This document shows, one piece after another, positions 26,201 to 35,100 of a stretch of 64,000 nucleotides of DNA; within the stretch, counting starts at the first letter, position 1, and each line of letters opens with the position of its first letter. The position numbers and the translations under genes were made by a program. Where the stretch lies: IMG/VR virus record IMGVR_UViG_3300034109_001012. The stretch is one strand, 5' to 3'. This DNA is from a virus. The notes beneath the pieces are model-generated. The model was not told the DNA's origin and searched no databases. It saw nothing but the letters and a program-made list of their open reading frames with translations.

Positions 26201-27635
26201 CTGGGAGAAAAATCTATCCCCAATGGTTGAGTCAAGAATCACTCAAGTTGAGGATGCTGTTAAGAAGTTGGAAGCTATAGGTCAGGATTGGAATATAGGC
26301 TTCTTGGTTGATCTCGGTCAGAAGATTGACGATGGTGTTGATGCCACGGGAAAAGCTCTCAAGGTTAGGCGGTGGCTTGATGCTAACGGGCTTTCACCTG
26401 AAGATTTAACCTTATCACCAGGTACAGGCAGAAAGGTTGGTTATGAAGCCATTAGACAGTTGGCTGACGAAACCCTCAGACAGTACAACATTGTCCAGTC
26501 CAATATTAGATCCATTAAAAAAGATACCCAGTTTAAAGTATTTACCGAGAATGGATTAATTGAGGAAGACAAGTTTTTAAAATGGGCAGAAGATCAAGCT
26601 GCATACTGGCAAAACCAAGTTAAAACATCAACATCCGATAATTGGCAGGGGTCAAGTTACGAGCGAGTTGATAAGCTCTGGAAATCTTTGGATGGCAAAA
26701 AAGCCTCTGATGTTAAGGTCAGGGAATCTATCAAGCCCGATGATGTACAAGGTCAACTCAGAAAAACCATAGGTAAATATCAGGATTGGCAGCGTAAATA
26801 CACGGTATTAAAGGAACAGGGGGAAGTAACGGGGAATGGAATTAGATCATTAAATGATGCTCAAAAGAAATTATTAAATGAGCAAAATATTCTATTAGAA
26901 CAGCTTAATAGATATAACCTTGATAGCTCAAATCTAATTAGAGATAACGCAGATAACACCATGCAAATATGGGAGAAGGTCAGACAAGATGCTGGTAAAC
27001 CCGTATTCTTTGACGTGAAAGGGAAAGCCATTGAGAGGGGGGAACTATTTAAACAATTAGATGAGATTGAGAATAAATTAAAACAATCTCTAAACATGAG
27101 AGAAATCAAGATAGAACCATTAACTTATCAAGCCGATAAAGCATCGTTAATGATTAAAGATCGGAACATCCTTAATCAAGCCTTGACTGAATTAGAGCCT
27201 AAGATAACTGAAATTCAACAACAGATTCAACAGCTTGCTACGGCTGGGAAAGGAACTAAAAAACTAGAAACTCAACTGAATAAGTTGCAGCTAGAGAAAC
27301 AAATTAAACAACAGCAGTTGGGCGAGGTTATTCAAGATATTAGAGACTTGAGATTACCGCCATTACAGAATGAGAAAATCCAAATCCTCAAGGGTCAAAT
27401 AGGAGAAACCCAGAAACAATTGACGGGAATTAAATCCGAAATAGCAACACTGCGACGGGAGATAACGGCACTCAAGGAACAGCCATTGGACGGGTCAGCA
27501 TCGGGTATTAAACGTCAAAACAGACTCAATGCTTTGGAGGGTAGTATCACGCGGAAAAATCAAGATTTGTTTAAGGTTGTTGGGGTATTGAATGATCAAA
27601 GGGGAGAATTAGGGAGGTTGAGAGCAGGGAGTTAA
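23202..27635 (+). CDS. giant MuF/SPP1-gp7-domain head morphogenesis protein with coiled-coil extension
   Basis: RAEKIARTELTFAYNAGRL...DDRRCQVCEGRHG...PPMHVNCRCVL is the gp7/MuF signature. It is followed by a hydrophobic segment (WLAAGILAAILL), HhH-like motifs and more than 1000 aa of heptad-rich sequence. Confidence 0.7.
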   Translation: MFDSVFSPNPSAIFRAKTPDYVKPKSIKINLDRLENGGANTLTDAFSRVVSKALKDLDGAIKTKDSKAIENYQAVLIPELTKSIYGMWLGGWNIGRKHGDNEIKSQQKKGTNTANFDEDLLDAELASIENVPAQNAIANRSKTLASDISSTQWGKIRGHILSAIQPQSETGEPISRSELLKRINSELGDRGFKNRAEKIARTELTFAYNAGRLQTYKDSGLVSHVVFLSILDDRRCQVCEGRHGMMIDLNDIETVSANTPPMHVNCRCVLSPRLATPDNQQELDDQTQDSKKRRLFEAPPKWLAAGILAAILLSQKKVRVPGSGVATPGISIPSPVREAVERGLVDVALAAQIQKIAKATGEVQTAEQIRQRRKNQTESLPDQGVIEIQPRLVLNGVELNSATPEQIREGLKEFLPKKQLDDLINYLQENKISSIDDLLEVKGISRKSKAFKILQGLADKDKLRIELEKLTSPSELWLKNLGFSRSESKAIFDELKNKPSESWSDLKRRLKKRGISGDRIQRAIDKLKSIEAQEKRQVVGLDNSVPMVPDVTLDSPEIAVGKLIKQREIGLQRRREALQEIKDLGIELAKIRSDEKRFNVRLRRMNKRNPKEFVSPEEIRIKEIRYARVQAKIEQAQKKANAIGFQLERANLALNQLDIPNLTPAAKLRNQAVQNLGDEGSTLLDATNSLKAQISNEIDSQMSKGFIPPNKKIAGLEQANNRAKLITEPVSNLIEKTNLEDLRSKLTALQSHYQNLLDPLYPENFFGRDIQNDLTSLRAELKRVKTEIDDAVSLLKRTDQTLTATTNQTESILGKMGYLKTGAQLEKQAKELESQILNWENRVKKTRNYEQTYEPFSQIERQQPLDKLIQDATDIKTQVPKFKKELESRFRPGLNNAKSTISDIAIQTKKLEQLQKEIDGILTDTSKLPITKAQIPSSDVGTYNATVELRKISREITEEVKRLKALAGASRVNLDESLKSQNKTYQQYEKQRFGDEQTPSWEKNLSPMVESRITQVEDAVKKLEAIGQDWNIGFLVDLGQKIDDGVDATGKALKVRRWLDANGLSPEDLTLSPGTGRKVGYEAIRQLADETLRQYNIVQSNIRSIKKDTQFKVFTENGLIEEDKFLKWAEDQAAYWQNQVKTSTSDNWQGSSYERVDKLWKSLDGKKASDVKVRESIKPDDVQGQLRKTIGKYQDWQRKYTVLKEQGEVTGNGIRSLNDAQKKLLNEQNILLEQLNRYNLDSSNLIRDNADNTMQIWEKVRQDAGKPVFFDVKGKAIERGELFKQLDEIENKLKQSLNMREIKIEPLTYQADKASLMIKDRNILNQALTELEPKITEIQQQIQQLATAGKGTKKLETQLNKLQLEKQIKQQQLGEVIQDIRDLRLPPLQNEKIQILKGQIGETQKQLTGIKSEIATLRREITALKEQPLDGSASGIKRQNRLNALEGSITRKNQDLFKVVGVLNDQRGELGRLRAGS

Positions 27636-27642
27636 TATTTAA

Positions 27643-27951
27643 TTAATCCTTAATTGAATCCTCAAACTTATCAATCTGGGATTCGATTAAATATTCAATT
27701 GCGATCGCAACATATCCATTAAACAAACCCGCCAGAAACCCGACATAAACATTAAAAGGCATCAGGATCAAATAAACGATCACTGATGCCTCAAACGTTT
27801 GGCAGTAAGGGCATTGAAACAATTTACTAAAAAATGATTGCGCTTTGGAATTTTCAAGCCACACCCGAACGGGATGGAGTAGGGAATGCTTAAAAATAAA
27901 CCATCTTAAACCGAGAGATAATAGCAGAAAAACAATTAAATCAGATAACAT
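27643..27951 (-). CDS. multi-TM membrane protein (DUF1360-like CxxC)
   Basis: 102 aa with three hydrophobic helices. FQCPYCQTFEASVIV resembles the DUF1360 motif. Confidence 0.45.
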   Translation of the reverse strand: MLSDLIVFLLLSLGLRWFIFKHSLLHPVRVWLENSKAQSFFSKLFQCPYCQTFEASVIVYLILMPFNVYVGFLAGLFNGYVAIAIEYLIESQIDKFEDSIKD

Positions 27952-28160
27952 TATTTACCCAATGACCATTTTTTGAGTGATTTCAAGTCACTGTATTCCT
28001 GATACTGATTAATTAATTCATCAATATTCGATTTCTCTAATACAACACTTCCCCCAATGTCATCAGTGATAATGTACCTGTGATCTTTAATAATTAATTG
28101 AGGGCAACAACTTTTACCTCTACACAATGAGACTTGATACTTTCCTTTTATTTCTGTCAT
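27951..28160 (-). CDS. small Cys-containing protein
   Basis: 69-aa ORF (CRGKSCCP). Its stop overlaps the next start. Confidence 0.4.
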   Translation of the reverse strand: MTEIKGKYQVSLCRGKSCCPQLIIKDHRYIITDDIGGSVVLEKSNIDELINQYQEYSDLKSLKKWSLGK

Positions 28161-28190
28161 TGGTTTTTGGTTAATGGTTTTTTCTTGTTA

Positions 28191-28766
28191 TTAGTAACTT
28201 TCACGATGTCCAAACTCCTCAAAGGAAACTTTAAATGGCTGCCCCAAAAACCGTCTGGGATTGTCGGGAGTATTGGTTACATCCCCACTAACGCACTGTC
28301 GAGATCCTTTTGCCATCACACCAGATCCTCCCTGGGGTTCTATTCCTAATATCTTAACATGACGCTCCGTGACACCCGCCGCATAATCAGCAATATCAAA
28401 CCCCACATAATCCCAGACCCTTAAAGCTCTAAACGATTTGTTACTTTGAATGGTTGCTCCCTGATACCGCCTCAATTCCTGGAACACAAACCGCAATTCC
28501 GCCATTTCTTCAATGACGTCAATTGAGAATCCAAACCGGATATTAGTCACTTGTACCCAGTCACCGCCAAACCGATTGGATACGGAACCGGGGGAAGGGG
28601 GATTCTCTTGATACTTGTCACCTGGAATCATTAATTCTAGGTTGCCCGCATCGTTAAAGTACGATTTACGGATTGCATCCCCATCTCGCCACGTCAATGC
28701 TTCATAATATTTATCTTTGATTGAGGATGGAGTCTCAAAAATTAACTTACCAATGATTACAGCCAT
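28191..28766 (-). CDS. hypothetical protein (possible tail component)
   Basis: 191-aa ORF divergent from the 1083-aa gene. Confidence 0.45.
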   Translation of the reverse strand: MAVIIGKLIFETPSSIKDKYYEALTWRDGDAIRKSYFNDAGNLELMIPGDKYQENPPSPGSVSNRFGGDWVQVTNIRFGFSIDVIEEMAELRFVFQELRRYQGATIQSNKSFRALRVWDYVGFDIADYAAGVTERHVKILGIEPQGGSGVMAKGSRQCVSGDVTNTPDNPRRFLGQPFKVSFEEFGHRESY

Positions 28767-28805
28767 ATTACAATTAGAATAGACCTATAAATTTATAATA
28801 ATATT

Positions 28806-31800
28806 ATGTATCTAAAACTAGACATCCCTGAATTAAATCTAAATGTTAAACAGTCAGGGGCTTTTGGTTTGTCGCTAGGGAATCCAAATGGATTAAGTAA
28901 AGAAATATTAATTAAAGATGGTGTCTCTATTGTAGAAATAACTCCTACTGTCAACCCTGTCCTGATTATTCCCACACCTCAAAGCCAGAAGATTGTCTCG
29001 CTTGTTATTAATAATAAAATTTACCAATTATCAGAATCAGTAGAAGCAGAACAACTCGCACCGGATGAATTTATTTATAATCCCTATGCTCAACAGGTAG
29101 CGATCGCTCAATATTCAGATCCAAAATATATTCAAGTCACTTCACCTACCAATCCCGTAACCGTATCAATCCCAGGCTACAGCACCGCCACGAATGTTTA
29201 TATCGGTGGGACTAGCCAGAATGCTGTTAGCTACACGGTCAAACCGCACGGAACACTTATTGGAGATTTAGAACAAGGGCAAGCGGTTTACAACCCCGCA
29301 TCCAATGAATTAATTTTTATTCCCGTTCAGTCTTTAGCCAAAACCATCACTACAGCCCCCCAAATTTTAGCTGTACAGATATCGGGAGTTAAGATAACAA
29401 CACCTACTACCCCGATCAAGGTATCGGTTGTTAACAATACATCTAATATTGATTACGACACCGACTATATAGATAAGTTGCCAACGGTTTTACAATGGTT
29501 ACCTTTGTTGGGTAACTTCAATTATTCGACATCCTTAGAACAATCTCAAAACGGAGAGATGCGGTTCGAGACTTGGTTTAGTTATAAAAATTTAGTTTTG
29601 AAACATTTATGTCGGGGGGCAAAGTTTGAGGCATTCGGGATTGGGTGGCGAGTCGATGGATTACAGATTAATGAAAAGATGAGATCAGAATTATCTCATC
29701 CAAAAATAGAGGTTTCAATTTCTCTGACCGATCCCCATTGGTGGCTCGATACAGAAGTCCCGCTGGTTCCCAGAAAGTACAAGGACGATCCATTGGGCGG
29801 ATTGTCCCCTATTCTCTATTCTGGGGATTGGAAGATTTCTTATCACTATTCAGCAAGTAGTCCAGGGGTTGACCCTGAATGTTTAACCAACAGCCCATCA
29901 CAACCCAAAGCCACATTAGCTGAATCGAGGACTTTAACATGGCTTTGCGGTCAAGCGGGGGGGATGTTATCAGGAATGGAAGGGGAAATACCAGTACCAA
30001 ATGATGTGAGTCCAGAGGAAGGAAGGATACCCCGTAGTGAAATTCAATCAAGATTAAGACAGAATAATTGTTTTTTGGATTTATCGGACTCTGATACTGT
30101 CTATTGCAAAAAATGGAACTCAACCAAGCAATGGCTATTACAAGAAACTGATATTTTATCACCAATTTCTGTCAGTTGCTCCACTGGTAAGCAACGAAAA
30201 CTTACACCTAACTCCGCATTCCAACAAGAAATTATTGTCGGGTTGCCAAACAATATCACACCCAAACAGACCATTACCTTAAAGAATGAGGATGTGACCA
30301 ATATTTATGGAGCTTCTTATATATGGCCGAAGCAAGAAGTCACTGGAGAATTTCTTGAAAAGTCTCAGGAACAGGTAGAGGAAAACCAAGGGAATAGAGC
30401 GCCCACACTGCCAGAATACCGAATGAGACAGCGTAAGTATGAACAAAGGACAGAAGACCCCGACATCGCAAATACACCGCCCGATTCAGTTGATATCAAT
30501 GATTTGTCGGTATCTTTTTGGAAGTCTGGGCAAAACTACGTCAAGGTTAAACGAGAGATTAAAACTATTGATGGTTTTGAGTTTCAAGTTACCGAACAAA
30601 AATACGCTTTTAACGGGCCGTTAGCTAAAGATATTTATGAATATAGTCAAGGGGTTTGGAAGTTAAAGAAAGCTGATGTTAGAAGTTTTTGGGGATTGAT
30701 AGAGGAAACCACAACTCAACACTTCTATAGCTCTGGATTCAGTGCCTACGAAGGGCTTTATTTGGGATACGAAAAAAGTGGGTGGCGGTTTCATGTTTTC
30801 GCTACGGAACCAGAAATTAATATTTCGGATTCAGAAGCCGACCCAACGCTGCAATACCCTACACTCTCATCTCAACAGCAATACATAGACAAGGGGAGCG
30901 GAGCCACAAACGCAGACCTTCAGACTAAAGACCTAGCGAACAAAGCCTACACGCCCCAACGCGTCCCTATTTTTGAGAAGGAAAAATATTACCATGAGCC
31001 GATGGAAAAATACTATAAAGACGCGGCGGTTCAGACTGTTGACGAGGTTAAATGGTGTATGCCCGACGGGACAAGTCGCAGGTTGGCAGCGATAGATAAG
31101 ACCTTCCAACAGCCCTATATTGTCACCGCTAGGGAGAAGGTTGTCAGAGGTTTGTCTTCAATGGAAGATCCTCGAAATCCTACGATTAGAGAATTTAATC
31201 AAAAGCGACCAGATGGGCAAAAGGAAAAACCAGAATTTCCCCCTCTGACAACCGGGACGGAATCATCAGAATCCTACAAGGTAAAAATCAATCGGAGCGT
31301 CAACACCCCTGGATATAGGAACACTGATGATTCCGAAAAGGATACTTTCACGGCTTACACTCGGTCAGCATCAACAGGGGGGAATGGGTCAGGTTTTGGT
31401 TCTCAAATCTCAGAAAATAGGGTAGACGAAGTTGAAGGTAGACCGGAATCATCGAGGCGGCTTCCCCCTATTTGGGAGCGGGTAGAGGAGGAAAACCCTA
31501 CCGAAACAGAGGAAAAGCAAAACCAATCCGATCCCAAGCGATACCGCTATAAAGTGTGGACACCCTTAGCACCGGACAAAACACCTTTTGACCAATTAGT
31601 GTCGGGGTCAATGAGTTTTCCTTATGCCAAAACATTATCAGAGGTTAGAACGGCAATTAAAACCAATCTGGATATAGAAAACGCTCGCAACAGTTACACA
31701 GAAGGCTTCACTACTTTTTTTAATCCTTCAATGCGTCCGGGCGATCAGCTGACCTATTTTGTTAATGGCGAAAGACGCAAGCGCAGGATTCTGTCTATAT

Positions 31801-32057
31801 CTCCTAGCGTCGTTTTTCAAGGCAACCTGAATAACAAACCTTTTGCCACAGGGACGATGCAGTTAAGTGTGGGATGTCCGATTGAGGTCGATTTCATATT
31901 AGAGCAAGAATTAATCCCCAATAGCGCCACAGACAAGGATAAATTAGGTACGGGCTATCCTTTAGAGGTTTGGCTAGATCCTACGGGCGGAGCGCAGGGA
32001 GCTTTTGAAGTGGAAAATATCCCCTCCCGACTAACGCCCCCTTCTACTTTCTTGTAA
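28806..32057 (+). CDS. large structural-type protein (1083 aa; tail tip/baseplate candidate)
   Basis: Long ORF convergent with the tape measure gene. No catalytic motif recognised. Confidence 0.5.
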   Translation: MYLKLDIPELNLNVKQSGAFGLSLGNPNGLSKEILIKDGVSIVEITPTVNPVLIIPTPQSQKIVSLVINNKIYQLSESVEAEQLAPDEFIYNPYAQQVAIAQYSDPKYIQVTSPTNPVTVSIPGYSTATNVYIGGTSQNAVSYTVKPHGTLIGDLEQGQAVYNPASNELIFIPVQSLAKTITTAPQILAVQISGVKITTPTTPIKVSVVNNTSNIDYDTDYIDKLPTVLQWLPLLGNFNYSTSLEQSQNGEMRFETWFSYKNLVLKHLCRGAKFEAFGIGWRVDGLQINEKMRSELSHPKIEVSISLTDPHWWLDTEVPLVPRKYKDDPLGGLSPILYSGDWKISYHYSASSPGVDPECLTNSPSQPKATLAESRTLTWLCGQAGGMLSGMEGEIPVPNDVSPEEGRIPRSEIQSRLRQNNCFLDLSDSDTVYCKKWNSTKQWLLQETDILSPISVSCSTGKQRKLTPNSAFQQEIIVGLPNNITPKQTITLKNEDVTNIYGASYIWPKQEVTGEFLEKSQEQVEENQGNRAPTLPEYRMRQRKYEQRTEDPDIANTPPDSVDINDLSVSFWKSGQNYVKVKREIKTIDGFEFQVTEQKYAFNGPLAKDIYEYSQGVWKLKKADVRSFWGLIEETTTQHFYSSGFSAYEGLYLGYEKSGWRFHVFATEPEINISDSEADPTLQYPTLSSQQQYIDKGSGATNADLQTKDLANKAYTPQRVPIFEKEKYYHEPMEKYYKDAAVQTVDEVKWCMPDGTSRRLAAIDKTFQQPYIVTAREKVVRGLSSMEDPRNPTIREFNQKRPDGQKEKPEFPPLTTGTESSESYKVKINRSVNTPGYRNTDDSEKDTFTAYTRSASTGGNGSGFGSQISENRVDEVEGRPESSRRLPPIWERVEEENPTETEEKQNQSDPKRYRYKVWTPLAPDKTPFDQLVSGSMSFPYAKTLSEVRTAIKTNLDIENARNSYTEGFTTFFNPSMRPGDQLTYFVNGERRKRRILSISPSVVFQGNLNNKPFATGTMQLSVGCPIEVDFILEQELIPNSATDKDKLGTGYPLEVWLDPTGGAQGAFEVENIPSRLTPPSTFL

Positions 32058-32079
32058 GATGTTTTTAAAATGGTTACTA

Positions 32080-32114
32080 CCCCTGGGTGTTCACGCACCG
32101 CGAGGGGTTTTGTT
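32080..32114 (+). terminator. intrinsic terminator
   Basis: CCCCT-G-GGTG-TTCACG-CACC-GCG-AGGGG followed by TTTTGTTATT. Confidence 0.65.
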
Positions 32115-32177
32115 ATTATTAATTATATCATTTTTTATTAAGTTGTAGTACAGAGCATACAATTTAATAAAAACAAT

Positions 32178-35100
32178 TTACATCCGTCTCTTAGTCTCAA
32201 TCATAATATTATCAAAAGCTTTTAATATTTCCTGCTCTAAATTTTTACCAACATCACCTGGGGATGTAACTGTTATTTTTACCCCCCCCACTTCCATCTT
32301 GACGTTGTTCTCTACGTTCTGAGCAGTTTGCTGAAACCGAGTGTACTCCGTCTGTCCAATACTAAGACTTGGTGCGGAAGGTGTCCCCATCTGTAAGTCA
32401 GGAGAAACGGGGTCACTTAGTGCTTGTATTTTTTTGAATATCTCATCAAGGCGATCTGTTGGAACGTTTAACCCTTGAACTTCGGGCGGTTTTCCATAGT
32501 CAATATAAACAGAACCAGAGCGCCCTCTCATTGTCTCCTGATCTTTTCCATTAATTAATCTGTTTAATTCCGATTGATCGCCCCGTTGGATTTGATCTAG
32601 GACGCTAGTATAGTTCCAGTCCGTGACCTTCTTACCGTAAACATCACTCAAGGCTTCGTTGATAATCTGTTGCTTTAATTGTGCCTGTTGTCTTCCCTCT
32701 GGCAGTGTGTTGGCTAGTTCAGACTTAGCTTGCATCCGGTCTAGCTTTTGCCTTTGGTCTAAATTCCTAATTTCCTGCTCTTGGGAAAAATCTAATAATT
32801 GAGACTGCAATGGTAAAAGCGATGCTTGCAAAGCTAATCCTTGTCCCGCCATTAACTTCGCCTCAAGATTCATTTGACCCGCAGCGATTTCTTCTGGTGT
32901 AGCTCCCGACGCTTCAAGTTTAGCTAAATCAGCTTGAGCCTGCGCTACCTCGGCTTTGTTTTGAGCCTGTTGCCCTTTTAATTTAAGAGCATCAATCTGT
33001 CCCTGAACTTTAGCTTGCTGTTGATTAAGAAGCAAAACCTCTCGCTCGGCTTTCTGTTGCTGATCTAACGCCTTTAATTTAATAGTGGCAGTTGATTGAG
33101 CCAGTACCTGTCTTTGTTTCTCATTGACGATCAACTGAGAAGCCAAACCCATTTCAGAGGTAACTATACCTAACCTGTCACTAAACGCCCGTTGTCTAGC
33201 TTCAAGTAACTGCTTTTGAAACCCAATAATTGTATTCTGTTTCTCTAAGGCAGAAGTCTGTTTATCGTATCCCTGTTGGATTTGTTGCTGACTTAAAACA
33301 AACGACTTGGTAACTTTATCAATCTGTTCTTGTATCAGTTTTTGCTTGGCTAATTTCTTTTCAATTTTGGCATTCTCTGATTCAATCTGTTGAGTTAGAT
33401 TAACTCGTTTTTGCTCATTCTTATTTATTTCTCCCTGTTGGTTTACTTGTTGATTCGTTAAGTTTAGTTGTTGAGTAAGTGCTTCTGTACGTTGTTTATT
33501 GCCTTGAATCTGAAGTTTAATTGCCTCAATTTCTTCGGGTGATCTCTTTTGTTTAGTTGCCCTTTCTAGTTCAAATTTTAAGATTTGAGCCTGAGATTCT
33601 GCCTCAAGTTCTTGTAATTCAATTTGAGAAACTTGACGTTTTAAATCCAAATCCAGAAGTTTTTGACGGGTAGCCAAACTTTCTAATTCAGCTTTTTGAG
33701 TACGGACTAAATCAACTTCCCTTTCTTTAATTACTCTTAGTTCAACCTCAGCTTGTTTTAAAGGGTCGCGGGTTAACTTAGCTTGGTTCTGTAGCTGTGA
33801 TTGCACATAACGCGATTCAGTATCAGCTAATTGATTCCTGCTACTGGTAATATTTTCTGTAAGTTGCGCTTGTTTTTGGAGTAAATCATACTCAGATTCT
33901 AAAGCCTGTTTTCTTAGATCCGCCCGTTGATTCTCATTCTCAAGTTGTTTTCTCTGGGTTTCAAAATCTAAATCTTTTAATCGGTTTTTTTCCTTGGCTT
34001 CAGCTTCTCTGATTTGGTTTCTAGTTTGTGCGTATTCATTCTCTAATTCAACATTTTTAACCCCATTGGCTTTGAATTGATTAAGTTGTCTCTTTAATTC
34101 ATTGGCTCTTAGTTTAAATTCTTTAATCTGTAAATCCGCCACCTTTGCTTGTGCATCTTCCTCTGATAAACCCCGTTCAGCTACCTGTGCAGAAATCAAG
34201 GTTTTCTCGGTATTCAACGCTTGAAGTTTTTGTTCTAATTGTTTCTGGATTAGCTTTTCCCGTGCGTTAAATTCAGCTTGTGCAATCTCAAGGTTTATCT
34301 GTTTAAGTTGATTCTCAAGGTCGATAACTTTGATTCCATATTGTAGACGAAGTTCAAGTTCTGACTCTAGTTGTTTCTTCTGTAAACCTAATTTTTCCTG
34401 TTGCAGTCCAGAGGTTCTTTTGATAACATCTTCCTCGGACGCTCGACGGAGTTGCCCTGCGGTTACTGTGGCAGAGGATTCTAACTCTATTTGGGAGATC
34501 CTTTCTGCCGTCGCTTGAGAGTTAAATTGGGCGATTTGACTGATTAGATTTTTCTGGGTGTCAATATCAAAGATAGAACCCTTAATCTGTCTTCCGTCTT
34601 TAGTTAAGGTAATGAATGATTCGTCCAAAACACTCTTAACTTTGTTGGCGACGTCACGACTTTTTAATAAATTCCGGTCATAGTTTTGGAGGATTTGATC
34701 TAGTACCGCTTGCCCTTCAGTTCTTTGCTGTTGAACATCTTTTAAGAATACTTTACCCTCGTCAATATATTTTTCTTTAAACACTGAGAAGGCATCATCT
34801 AAAGCGTTATTACCCTCTAATGGGTTAACAGATGAAGCTACCACCGCCTGCTGTAATACTGGTAGAGTCTCATTATAATATTTGGTGATTTGTTCCCTAG
34901 CTTGTTTTAACGCCTCTGTGCGTTTTTGAAGGTTATCTATTTGAGCTTGAGCAGCATCAAATTGATCGTTTAATTGTTGTTTTAATCCTGTATCTGTAGT
35001 CTCATCAAGTAGTTTTTGCCGTTCTTTTTGTTGGGATTGATAGCCCGATATTAAGAGTTCGTTGGCTTTGATTAAGTCGTTAGTTTCCTTATTCTCTTTT

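Noticed and set aside
28767-32177. Invertible host-range segment (Mu G / P1 C type) containing the plus-strand 1083-aa gene between minus-strand tail genes
   Set aside because: No inverted repeats were seen at the two borders. No Gin/Cin-type invertase is present. A normal terminator lies at the 3' border.
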